Shown in pieces: positions 1 to 10,289 of a DNA stretch of 21,006 nt. The DNA is taken from positions 1 through 21,006 of the forward strand of contig NW_021823834.1 of assembly GCF_006345805.1 (NCBI RefSeq), written 5' to 3'. A program made the position numbers and the translations under genes. The stretch is from Octopus sinensis (taxonomy: Eukaryota). How positions within the stretch are numbered: the stretch's first letter is position 1; each line of letters begins with the position of its first letter. The notes beneath the pieces were generated by a model. That model did no database searches. It saw only the letters and a list, made by a program, of their open reading frames with translations, and was not told the DNA's origin.

Positions 1-1874
1 TAAAGAATCTACTGCTTGGAGTTCATTTCTGTCAGAATCCGAGGTTTCACGTAGTAGACAGCCTGGTAGTACTATTTCCGATTATAAAAACACATCACCA
101 TCACACTCTGACGGAATACTGGTACAAAAATAGTCTCCAGCAAATCATAGCAGTGGTCTCTTAGTCTACCACAGTAACCACGGAGAATACTCAAACAATG
201 CCGCAGTACACCTGAGCTTGGTTATGTCTGTTGAAAATATTGCTAATATTGTTAATTGGACAAAATGACTTACCGTTTTCCAGTTTTTGTTTGTATTTAA
301 TTGTTAGTAGAAGAAATTTGTCAGATTCATGCAAAAAGAATTTTTGGTAAAAATCCTGGGCAATGAATTTAATCTCTTCCACCGCTGTAAAATCAGGATC
401 AAGCAATTTTTCAATTAATCGTTCTAAACATAAATAATCTTATGAACTAATTTACTTAATTATGTTAATGAATTCGATTAGCTAATTATTCGTAATCTAT
501 TTAATTGTTACCTATTTGTGTGAACAGTTCAAGAATGGGGACTGACTGTTCCTCAAGAAAATGTGCAAAAGCATCCTCTAATATTTTATCAGCCATGATT
601 TCATTAAGTGAAAGTCCCTTCTTTGTATCAAAGTTTACAAAATTAATCAAAATCTCTCTTTCCGGTCTTTCCTCAAATACCTTAGTCTCAACCTCCTCCT
701 TACTCAATGCAAGAACCACCAACATGTTTATAAAGTCCTACAAATTTACCAAAAAATCCTAAACGGGGTCAGAGATTATATCCATTGCAGGAATAAGCAC
801 AAATATGGACAGAATATGACTGAGAAGACAGTGCAGCACATCACAATTATGAGTATTTGTGGGGAGAAGAAAAACAAGAAGACGCTTTGTTACCATTTCA
901 ATATATTTCAGCTCCGAAGTGCGTTTATATGTAGAAACGTGCAATTCTTGTCCCTCCAAATTAAAAAATTGTCGTTCTATACTCCCACCAGTATTGTCTA
1001 CACTGTAATATATCCAACATTACTTTCTACTGCCCGTTTATAGAGACAAATGTGATTTACTACTGCAGGAATTATCTGTTTTCTCAGCAACACACGCACT
1101 GATATCTAAAAACAGTTTAAATGTACCGAGAAAAATTAAATACAACAATTTACTGCTAAAATATAGTTAAAATAGACATTTCTGCCACTAAAACTGTACA
1201 GTGGCTACATAGGCTGAGCTAACCTGGTTTACTCGTTCATAAATAACAGCCAAAAGACATCGAAGGCATGTTTTTACTTCGCGGGGAAATTCCCTGTTTT
1301 GTCCCACGTTTCTGGAATAATGGAATTAGTACTAACTTGTACCACCAGTCGACAGAAGAGGCAATAATTTCATCACAAAACTAAACATGATTATCAATAT
1401 GAAAACTTCCTGCAGTGCTTCGTCGATGTGGGCTGATATTTTATTATCGGCATGTTGAAAGCCCAAAAGTATAGAAAACTTATTTCTATATTATATATAT
1501 AATATCAAGCCTTATATTGGCACAGTCCCTCTCCTCACAGAGAGTGCACACACGAGTTCGGTAGCGAGAGAAAGGCGTGTAAAACTAAGGAATCAGCCTG
1601 TGTAATTAATTACTAAATGTTTGATCTTTCTGAGAATAAATTGGTTTATATTCTTGTAGTATCTGAGTTTTTTATTTTATAAAAATAATACTTTTGAAAA
1701 ACAAGGTAAAGGCAGAACCCGAAACAAATGCCGTAAACCACTGAGAATAAGATTAGTCTCCTAGATTATATTTAAGTAAAATAACCAATAAATGTAGAGA
1801 TATAAGAATACAGCTGAGAGTAAAATTTCAGTATCGAATTTTCTGATGATGTCTATGTAGAGACCATGAGCCAT
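1..1874 (-). CDS. SNX14: Sorting nexin of the SNX13/14/25 family (TM-PXA-RGS; PX/PXC would lie beyond the window start), SNX14-like, multi-exon, 3'-incomplete
   Basis: Manual splicing from ATG at 1874 gives a continuous frame. It has N-terminal hydrophobic segments, CTLCEERDC, PXA-like ISAHIDEALQEFCDEIIASSVDWWYK...ELKYIEMVTKRLLVFLLP...HILSIFVLIPAMDIISDPDFINMLV, and RGS-like LNEIMADKILEDAFAHFLEEQ...LDPDF...FYQKFFLHES...LLETIFVPVF. Inferred introns: 1761-1785, 1663-1691, 1585-1613, 1479-1510 (GC-AG, tentative), 1381-1406, 1312-1336, 1106-1223, 998-1023, 738-764, 424-511, 243-273, 166-190. The SNX14 symbol (rather than SNX13/25) is from recalled similarity. Confidence 0.85.
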
Positions 1875-2159
1875 CAATTTATTCTCTAGTAAAGAATGTC
1901 ATGATAAAAACCAACAAGAGTATTTACCAGCAAATATTCCTCTGAATTAAATACTATTAATTTTTAAAATTTAATATATATTTATACAAAAAATACAATA
2001 TTTTTAGAAATATTATTCTTAACAAATTAAATCTCAATCGGCTTCTTGAGCGTGTATTAATAGCAGTTCTTAGAGAGAACAGTTTCTCAATTCTTTCTGC
2101 GGCTAGTATTTAATTGCCTTCTGTCTTTCATTTAATATATTTTTTTAATTTGTTATCTA

Positions 2160-2354
2160 TAAGTTAAGTTAAGCTATATTCAGCCGATTCCGGCTATTAG
2201 CAATTCTATTGATCAAATTCCTCTACGAATCCGTGTTATCAACTAGCTCTACAATCTCCAAAAAATTATGTCAGGCTATTTTAACGACCTGTGATGTCCA
2301 ACTTAATTTTGGTCTTTTTTGTTTTCTCTTTCCAGTAAATTCGGATAGCAAGAC
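2160..2354 (-). mobile_element. 3' end remnant of an RTE-clade LINE
   Basis: Minus frame LLSEFTGKRKQKRPKLSWTSQVVKIA*HNFLEIVELVDNTDS*RNLINRIANSRIG* resembles the RTE C-terminus (GKR..GRP...W...LA.DR..WR..I). It is followed by a short (CTTAA)n tail at 2160-2174. Two internal stops. Confidence 0.6.
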
Positions 2355-2415
2355 TTTTTTTCATCACTTTGAAGTACGTTCCCAAGTATGTTAGCGACAA
2401 TGAAAGAACGCATTA

Positions 2416-2727
2416 ACCGTAAACAATATCCTCAACAACCGCCAAAAAATAAATTCAGCTGAAAAGGAACTCGGCCGCAAAGATCGGGTCGAACTCGCAA
2501 GATTTCACTGTGGACAGCACCCTTTACTCTTTGACTATCAAAACAAACTGGATAAGAAGGTCGATTTGTGTCCAATCTGCCATAACGGATGACACACAGT
2601 AACGTACGTCGTCCTGAATTGCAAAAATCTCACCGGCATAAGAAAATCTGATAAAATTAGCTTACTCCTTAACTGCTGGTGTGACCCTAAGAGGTCTGTC
2701 GGTTTTCTTTGTGCCGCATTCCTTTAA
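2416..2727 (+). mobile_element. 3' remnant of a non-LTR retrotransposon ORF2 with C-terminal CCHC-type zinc knuckle
   Basis: Plus frame NNILNNRQKINSAEKELGRKDRVELARFHCGQHPLLFDYQNKLDKKVDLCPICHNG*HTVTYVVLNC matches the LINE C-terminal pattern N..L...P.I...E..L.R..R..LA.LR.G....L..Y.......CP.C....HT..H...C. One internal stop; clade not assigned. Confidence 0.65.
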
Positions 2728-3109
2728 ATTTCAGAGGGGGATGGCGAACTAGAGACGCTGGTTTATTAACTTAATGTCGCATTTGGACTCGTAATTGATT
2801 TTGGTACATTATTTTAAATTTGGTTAAGAAGGAAAAAAATTGATAAGCAAATTACGTTGAAGCAATACAGTTATTTTAAATCTAAATGAAAAATTAAATT
2901 AGTAAAAATTATTTCTTTATTCTTATATGGATTAAATTTTCTAAAAATACATTTTAAATAAATTCATTTTAGGTCGCTTTAGCTGAAAACAAATACCTGG
3001 CATTACTTAAAATGAATTCAGAAGTTTTTTATATTTGAATAATAAATAGAAAAATCAACGAAAAAACTGCTTGATTTTCTCAGCTGTTTATTATCCAATC
3101 AGCTCTTTA

Positions 3110-3959
3110 ATGCTGCCGATTTTATACTTTACAAATATATATTTCCAAATTACATTTATTTTTCTTATACTTCTAACATCCCTTCTTTTTAAAGAAACAC
3201 TTGAAATAACTTATAATGACTATAAATATGTAAAAACTTAATACATTTTTTTAGATTTTGGTGAGCTCTACAGTTTTTGGCGTAGTTTTATCAGGTGGAG
3301 TATTTCTTGTGTTATTTTGGCCAACAAATAGAGTGTTGGGTGCATTTTTGATTCAAACAAGTTTATATCATTTCTTAGAATTATCTGTTGCAAACATTGG
3401 AAACATACGGGACTTGTCAACGAATGCTTTTTATATTGAAAATAAATTTTATTTCCTCTATATGGGATTTGCAATTTTTGAAAATTTAATCACGGTTTTT
3501 TTATATCCAGGTTTTTGTATTTGTTAACATTTAATAGAATCTAAACAATATATTTGGATCATTTCTGTATTTGGACTAGTCCTCGGTGTATTAGGGGATA
3601 TTTTACGGAAAGTCTCCATTTTGACCCTCGGAAGTAATTTCAGTTATGAGCTCGAGGAGATATACCGGGATGATCATGTACTGATAAAAAATGGAGTTTA
3701 TAAATATTTTCGACATCCTTCTTATGTTGGTTTATTTTATTACCTTTTAGGAACACAGGTATTTTAATATTATTTTTAATTTTAGATTATGCTTGGTAAT
3801 ATATTTTGTATCTTAGTGTCTTTTTTTCATGGTCTGTACTTACTTAAAGCACGAATTACCAGAGAGGAAAAACTTTTGATATCTCTGTTTGGCTCGAAAT
3901 ATATAAAATATAGAGAATCGACATGGATTGGAATTCCATTTATTTATAAAAAATTTTAG
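3110..3959 (+). CDS. ICMT: Protein-S-isoprenylcysteine O-methyltransferase (ICMT/Ste14), apparently intact, 256 aa
   Basis: Exons 3110-3229, 3255-3510, 3538-3758, 3786-3959 total 771 nt in one open frame. Introns are 25, 27 and 27 nt, all GT-AG. Hallmark motifs: ILRKVSILTLGSNFSY, HVLIKNGVYKYFRHPSYVG, GTQIMLGN, RITREEKLLISLFGSKYIKY, GIPFI. Confidence 0.95.
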
Positions 3960-4282
3960 TTATTTTGTTGGGATTTAATTAATATATTTTTTTATCAAAT
4001 TATTTTCCATGTTTATTTAGAGCTTCGTTTTTTATCTTTAAACAATGTAATGTAAAATAAAACTTTTAAATGATCAAATAAAATATTTTTATCATTAGTT
4101 TTAGGGACTGTTTAAACGGCTTCCGAATTTTTGTCTAATTAACTGTTTATAATTGGGAATATAGCTAATAATATGAAACACCATGAAGTTAAAAAATTAA
4201 CTAAAACATTTATCCGTGAAAAAGAGTGAATTTTTAAAATGAATTTCATTCAAGAACAAGAGTTCAATTTATTTATATATTA

Positions 4283-5035
4283 ATGAAAATGTATTCTTTT
4301 TAATCTTTATTGCGAATTAAGTGCCGGATCTTCAATCTATTTTTTTATTTCAATTGCTAAACATAAAAAATCCTGCAAAACATGATTGTCTTATATCGGA
4401 ACAGAATCTAGCCATTATAGAGGCATTCAGAGCTGGGAAGGGAAGATAAAGCAAATTTACTTTGCCCTGACTTCACTGAAGCTATTAAAACAATCAGTAA
4501 AATCAAGTTATTCTGTTTAGCTAGTTATAAATACAGAAACGGATTGGATTTTGTCAAAATTCAAATCAAACGGCATGTTAGACACTATTTTGTATTGCTT
4601 TTCAAGAGGGAGGAAGGATTCCATATTTTATATATCTTCACCACAAGTTCTTGACGTGTCTGAGTACCAATCGACGCTCTCGTGTTCGAATCTCGCTGAC
4701 ATCATTCCGACTGAAGGTGAAGGTTCCATGCATTTGATATGCACCCAGAGTTTGACGAGTGACGCCATCATCAGTGATTCTCACTTCGGAACCGGATATC
4801 TTCTTCGGACTCACACAGTTGAATTCACTCGATTTGTTAACTCTCTTTTTCTTAATAAAGTGTGTTTCCGGCCTATTGGAGAAACCTGGTAATGCTAACA
4901 TTGCCAAGTCAATCAGAAAAGACTCTTAATAATCAATTCTGAACGTTTCGTGAATTTTTATCTCACGACTTCTTATCTTGATGACAAAGGGATAGATTTT
5001 TTTCCATAATTTTGATCCCTGAATTAATTGTAAAG
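4283..5035 (-). CDS. Possible spliced gene of unknown product (strand and exon model uncertain)
   Basis: Five 26-29 nt GT-AG candidates on the minus strand link MTLQLIQGSKLWKKIYPFVIKIRS-QLIIK-TLPGFSNRPETHF...FSRNDVSEIRTRE to PLEKQYKIVSNMPFDLNFDKIQS-NNLILL...-TLNASIMARFCSDIRQ. One junction near 4600-4640 is unresolved. Intron-like strings also occur on the plus strand (4889-4916, 5030-5053, 5132-5160). No family recognised. Confidence 0.3.
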
Positions 5036-5299
5036 TCATTATCAACATATTAGAATCTTCCTGGACCCTTTACCATAACAAATAATAAAAGCATTAATGA
5101 ATCTCTATTATTACAGGCTACGATGTTAAGAGTAATTTTTTGTATTTTTCTAAATTTTAGAAAAGTCGGTAGATGGATGTTGTCAGTCCAGATACGACTC
5201 GACATGCTTTGTTTGAAAATAAAAACAAACTTCTGACTTCCTTGAGCGCGTCAACGTACTTCTCCCGGTCCTCGTCAACGTACTTCGTAATTAGAACGC

Positions 5300-6720
5300 G
5301 TCGTACACTAAAGAAGATCACTGAAAAGCTCGATATCTTTGCCAGGACCTCTGAAAATCCAAGCGATTGCTGACCCGTTCAGCAATAACCTAGGGACGTA
5401 ATTAGTGTAAACCCTCGTCCTTTACAAACTTTGAGGACACTGCACTTGTCCGCACGCATCTTTATATTCCTACTCCCACACCAGTTTACGAGTCCATCCA
5501 CAGCAACTGCAGCCTACGACAAGTACACTCAGATTTCATCAAGTGATCCAAAAGATGATGTCCTCTACATAGATCACCATATCAGTACGAGCATTGACTG
5601 GCATGGGCGCAGAAGCAAAAAGATATTAAAAGTGTGAGACTCAGCACAGAGCCCTGAGGGACCCCGCGAAGGACTGTTCTGGCTTTAGAAAAGACCCCCT
5701 GGTGCCGTAAGACCTGTCCGCAAGATTCAAGGAACCCCGACAGCCGGCGCCTTAGACACGGATAAACCCCACATGTGGCGAGGAAGCTCTGGAGGCCGTC
5801 GTGCCACACCGAGTCGAAGGCCTTTTTTGTGTCAAGACTAACTAATATACGGCACTCTTTTTTCTGGATGGCGCACTTTATTTTTGAGGACACCTTCCAC
5901 AAGCAGTTGCCGCACAAACGATTCTCCCTGAAGCCCCACTGGAACTCGGGGATGGCATCCACCACCGTCAGCTCCTCCAGGTGCATAATCCTATCTAAAA
6001 TTTTAGATACAGCGGGAAGGAAGGAAATCGGCCTGTATCCCGGGGGGACATTATGAGGCATCCCGGGTTTTCCGATAAGGATTACCTCAGTTACTTTCCA
6101 CCAAGAGGGAATCATCCCAAGTCGCAAGCTCCCGCTAAACAAGACCTGTAAGGTGGTGATCAACCACGGCGGGGCCTTCTTGAAGATGGCCATAAGGATT
6201 CGATTCAGATCCGCCGCGGTGTTCTTACTTCTGGAGATCGCTGCCAGAATCTTCGCTTCAGAAATTGCAGGCCATGAACTTCTCCAGGTTGGCCCAAGAA
6301 CCCGATTGGAGGTCAAAGTATCCCAGAACCCTTTGAGAAACTGGCTCCCGGAGTTCGTGCAATATAGGCAGATGGTCGCTCCCAATATCGGGCAATAAAA
6401 TTGTTTTACTAACCCAACTTAGCATTCCAGGGCTGACCAGAACAAGCCCTAGCCAGTCTCGTCCTTGTCGCGAGTCGATGTGGTTTGGCTCACTTGAAGA
6501 TCTGACTTCCAGCCCGAGGTTCTTCAACCAGCGAATTCAGAGCCAAACCATGCGCCTTGGTTACCCTGAAACAAAGGTCTAGGTGCGTTGGCATTCAGGT
6601 CCCCAAAAACCATTGTTTTCGAATGCTTTCCAAAGAACTACTGGACTATCGACCCTTTTCAAAGGCTGTACCAGAGGGTATCGATAGCAAACTTTCGAGG
6701 TAACTGCGGCAATTGGAGAA
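5300..6720 (-). mobile_element. Degenerate Jockey-like LINE ORF2 (APE endonuclease C-half plus reverse transcriptase)
   Basis: EN motifs VFGDLNA (~6600) and GSDHLPI (~6380). RT motifs WKVTEVILIGKPG, YRPISFLPAVSKIL, QWGFR, SLDTKKAFDSVWHDGL, GVPQGSVLS, degenerate YVEDI for YADD, and LVNWC...DKC. Several frameshifts and stops. Confidence 0.9.
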
Positions 6721-6816
6721 TCTTAATTTCTAATATTAATGTTGACTAATATTAGAGAAATGTCTTTTTTTTTACAAAAAAATAACAATTAGTATTAAAT
6801 TTGTTGCTTTTTTCAG

Positions 6817-7035
6817 TGGATATTACATGGAGAGGTCGAAATGGCGACGGAGATGAGGTTATGGACGCTGATTCTATCCACGACGATGAAGCCATCAATG
6901 CTATGTTAATGTGGTCATGGACTGGACTCCCAGCGTGAACAAATGGACAAACGTGACAATATTCCTTCAAGAGCAATCACCGAGGATGAACTCCCCCTTT
7001 GGCTTGTTCATTCGTCTTATGAAAAAGTGAACTCG
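6817..7035 (+). pseudogene. Fragment resembling the SnAC domain of a SNF2/BRM (SMARCA2/4-type) chromatin remodeller
   Basis: After a 25-nt intron-like string (6792-6816): DEVMDADSIHDDEAINAML, then after a frameshift GLDSQREQMDKRDNIPSRAITEDELPLWLV. This resembles DDETVNQMIAR...MDLDRRREE...PRLMEEDELPSWI. No other SNF2 sequence is present in the window. Confidence 0.5.
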
Positions 7036-7039
7036 CCAA

Positions 7040-7315
7040 TTCGCATCCCAACGCACTCGAATTTTTGTTAGGCGATGTCCGAAATGTTGTGGCCGTATTT
7101 TTTGTAGTTTTTTAGTTTAGTTTTTTGCTTCGAGAAAACTTGAATTAGTTAAAAATAATGTTGAATTGGCGGAGGAATTTTTATTCAAGAGGGTATCGGG
7201 GCTGTCATTAAATGGGCTCGCTGAAGATTTTACTGAAAAGGTTGTATTTTTTGAAAGCCACATTCAGGTTGTCAATCTTGGTATCTACCGGTCACGTGGT
7301 CGTAGTGTAGAATAG
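7040..7315 (+). pseudogene. 3' part of a RIO-family kinase gene (RIOK3-like), 5'-truncated
   Basis: SHPNALEFLLGDVRNVVA | 26-nt intron | FFASRKLELV...FLFKRVSGLSLNGLAEDFTEK | 27-nt intron | VVNLGIYRSRGRSVE*. Positions 7040-7076 are identical to 15468-15504. Confidence 0.75.
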
Positions 7316-7320
7316 TGTTA

Positions 7321-7476
7321 TGAAAATTGTTTTGAAAATTGTTATGAAAATTGTTATGAAAATTGTTTTGAAAATTGTTTTGCAAATTGTTTTGAAAATT
7401 GTTTTGAAAATTGTTTTGAATATTGTTTTGAAAATTGTTTTGAAAATTGTTTTGAAAATTGTTTTGAAAATTGTTT
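7321..7476. repeat. Minisatellite, 13 copies of 12-bp TGAAAATTGTT(T/A)
   Basis: Read directly from the sequence; only a few substitutions. Confidence 0.97.
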
Positions 7477-7496
7477 TGTTATAATGATTTTTCAGG

Positions 7497-8003
7497 GAAA
7501 TTATTTTGGAACATATCTCAGGTAATTTTGATATTTTATTTAAAATGCGTTTATATATTAATTCTAAACTGGAAATCGATAAACGCTGTTAGACTAAATT
7601 AAATTAGTTTTAATTACTTCCTGTTCTTTGTGCTAAAGAGGACGCTGGAGAGTATGCTCATTAAACACAAACAAGGAATGTAGGTAGACGACGAAAGTAC
7701 GCTTCTGTCGCTAATCAAGTCAGAGCTGCAATGCTGAGAAGACATACAGCTGAACAAAAACCTTAACACAGTAATTAATGGAAAAGCAAAGGAAGTTTGT
7801 GGCAAACTTTTTTTTCAAAGAAGGGAGGAAAATCACTGACGATCTGGACTTAATTAAATAATTTAGTTGACTATAGTTAATCGATTCCAATTAAATACTT
7901 TGGAATTACTTCCTGTTTATGTCTAATCTATAAACATTCGAAAAAGAAATTTCGTAATTGGTGATTTGGTTTAAATCGAAAAAAAATTATATTAAACCTT
8001 AAT
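7497..8003 (+). repeat. ~500-bp direct duplicate of 18717-19217, containing a short R4/Dong-like LINE 3' fragment
   Basis: Colinear match by eye with scattered substitutions and small indels. The internal frame VLKRTLESMLIKHKQGM* is homologous to the longer copy at 9260-9660. Confidence 0.92.
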
Positions 8004-8019
8004 AAATGAATGAAGTGAA

Positions 8020-8420
8020 TTTGATTTGTTTCTGGTGTTTTTTTGGCAAAAACCTTGGAGCGAGAAGAAATAAAAGGCCTAAATCATATAAGGCTGTTGG
8101 AAAAGCTGAAGAATTCTCAAACAGTGTCTATTAGGTTTTTGAAACTAACCGAGATTTTGTCTGATCCATGAAAGTAAGTCGTTTTGTGGAATGTAAGGTA
8201 TTCAGTCCTTTTTCATTGAGAAAAGAAGACGTACTGGTCGTTTTTTCAGTCTTCTGTTTGAGGGTAATAGATCAGATTTCCTATGTTCCTCGTTTGATAT
8301 TTTCGCATGAAAAATGATTAGCCTATTTATGTTCTTTTGAATATATTCCCCCGGAAATGCAGTTTCATCACCTTTGCCATGTGCCAAATAGCTTTTGAAA
8401 TTTGAGTATAGCCGTTGATT
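8020..8420 (-). mobile_element. Possible very degenerate N-terminal region of a Ginger-like integrase
   Basis: LYSNFKSYLAHGK...FPGEY, YIPQ, FHKTTYFHGSDK and GFCQ occur across shifting frames and loosely recall the pre-HHCC/HHCC region. Weak. Confidence 0.25.
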
Positions 8421-8549
8421 TTGCTTTCAGAATTATTTCCGTAAAATAGCTGGTAACCTTGTTTAAAGAGCTGGAGCTATCAAAATAACAATTTTTTAGT
8501 TTGGATTTCAAGATCTCTTGGAACCGTAGCCAGTTCGAGCATTTTGATT

Positions 8550-8965
8550 TTATCTATTGACATCATTTTGATCTTCACCACGATTGGATTGTGACTTTAT
8601 CGATGCATGCCAGTTTAGAGAAATTTGGCTTATCGGACACGAGCCAGAGAGTGAAATATACACATTGACCATCCATAGCCAGAGAGTAAGCGAGATTCCA
8701 ATTATTTTAGGAACCTCATCAGCTTCAATAAGCTTTCTTACTCCCGAAGGGATGTCTGTATATTTCAAGTTGTTTTTGATTAAGGTGAGCAGTCTTCCGC
8801 CTCTTTTCGCTTTTCGGTCCATCCTGATAGCCTTGTAACCGGGAAATGTGGCCGTAGAATCATAAAGGAATAGTTTGGTTTTTTTTTATCATAGCCACGT
8901 TGCTTTCCATGTTTGTCGGTAGTGAGCGCAGTTCTCTGATTTTTCTCTTTAATGTTAAGCTAGAG
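8550..8965 (-). mobile_element. APE endonuclease (N-terminal half) remnant of a LINE
   Basis: Frameshifted ...VAMIKK/TKL...ATFPGYKAIRMDRKAKRGGRLLTLIKNNLKY...MVNVYI matches EN motifs (QETKL, FPGY..R.DR...GGG....IK, NVY). Confidence 0.75.
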
Positions 8966-9153
8966 AGCAATAAAGTGTTTTCCACTTCTTTCGACTGAGA
9001 ATATCCTCAGGGAAAGAAATCCTAATGATCTTTTTTTATGGGTATTAAGTGCCCCTGAGTGTTTTCAAATCTGTGAATTATCAAATCTAACAAACTTGGT
9101 AGAGCCCATAACGCAACACTAAGAAGAAAATTTGTTTATAGCGAAATTGTATA

Positions 9154-9181
9154 CAGTGGGTCAAATTAGTCTTGGGACACT
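9154..9181. mobile_element. Orphan Tc1-like terminal inverted repeat
   Basis: TA followed by CAGTGGGTCAAATTAGTCTTGGGACAC resembles Tc1-family termini (TA|CAGTG). No partner TIR was found in the window. Confidence 0.3.
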
Positions 9182-9259
9182 TGTTTATTTTAATAAAATT
9201 TTATTTTCGTTAACATAGCTGTTTTTATTTAATTTTTTGGTGGTTTACAGTGAGTGAGT

Positions 9260-9660
9260 CGAAGTAACAAATACGACCTACTTGCAAACGAACTGTCGGT
9301 TTTCTATGAAGCAAAAGTAAAGATTATTCGAATTGTCTTGACATAGGATGGAGTTGTCTCAAAGTTCTTTAAAAGTCATATGAACAAGTTATCCATTGAA
9401 GAAGGAACGAGGACATACATCCAGGTTGTGATAAAGAGGACGCTAGAGAGTATTCTTATCGGGCACAGACATGTGATGAAGGTAGACACGAGGAGTACGC
9501 CTCTGCCGCCAATCAACTTACGGAGGTGACATCTCGTGAGGACACTCAGTTGAATAAAATTATTGACGCAGAAATATAAAATGAAAGAAAGTTTATAGAA
9601 AGTTCTTCTTCCAAGCGAAGAAGAGAAATCACTGAAAATCTAGATTTTAATTAGATAATT
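9260..9660 (+). mobile_element. 3' end of an R4/Dong-like (restriction-like endonuclease) non-LTR retrotransposon, degenerate
   Basis: NKYDLLANELSVFYEAKVKIIRIVLT*DGVVSKFFKSHMNKLSIEEGTRTYIQVVIKRTLESI matches the RLE C-terminal pattern KY..LA.EL......V.IIP.V.TWDG.V.K...YIQ..VLK.TLE. The TAG at 9344-9346 replaces Trp. Confidence 0.75.
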
Positions 9661-10289
9661 TAAAATAGGCTTGCACTTTGAAAACACAATTTCTCTGAAG
9701 TCCCTTCCGGTGTCTTTTTTTAGCAGGATTGGGACAAAATTCTTTGGCGTCGATTTTCAACTGACTTGGAACCACTCCTCGACCAACACAGACTGGCTTG
9801 TTTCCGTTCCGCCTGTCAGCCATACTCAGGCTGAATGTATTCCCTTCTCCGCTTTTAATAAGTCTTAGTTTGAGGCTGAGAGGTGAGAGTGTGTGCGGGA
9901 CTGAAAAGACAGGAATGCTGAAGGTCCTTATCTAACCTCTACTAACAGCTTCTTTTTAAATAAATATTTTTCTTCAATCATTTCCAGTTTTCCGACAAAT
10001 TTCAAATACAGAGCTTTTTATTTGTGATATAAAAATGCAGAAATCAGACCTTTTCGTTGTTCGGAGAATTGGCAATTAACATACAGACCTGAATTCACAA
10101 ATCAAATTTTCTATTATAAGGGCCGCAAATTTTTTTGTTAACTTAATGAAGATAATATATTTTTTATTTCAGTTTGAACGGAACAAAATACATATGATTT
10201 TTATTTTACTGGTGCATGCACTTTAGAGTTGAGTGCTGTCGTCGCAAATTTTTTATATAGCGTAATGAAATTAAAAAATGGAAGAATTT

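Noticed and set aside
505-1043. Plus-strand ORFs 505-762 and 816-1043 (and minus ORF 3268-3474)
   Set aside because: Antisense to exons of the SNX14-like gene and ICMT respectively.
2030-2110. hAT dimerisation-like peptide on the minus strand (EKLFSLRTAINTRSRSRL)
   Set aside because: Too short and weak to support without a profile search.
5775-6398. Plus-strand ORFs 5775-6056 and 6153-6398
   Set aside because: Shadows of the Jockey-like RT on the opposite strand.
6817-7100. Functional SNF2-RIO fusion protein
   Set aside because: The two fragments are in different frames and the SnAC-like part has its own frameshift and stop.
7321-7476. CRISPR-like array (also 15504-15657)
   Set aside because: Head-to-tail repeats with no unique spacers, no cas genes, and a eukaryotic context.
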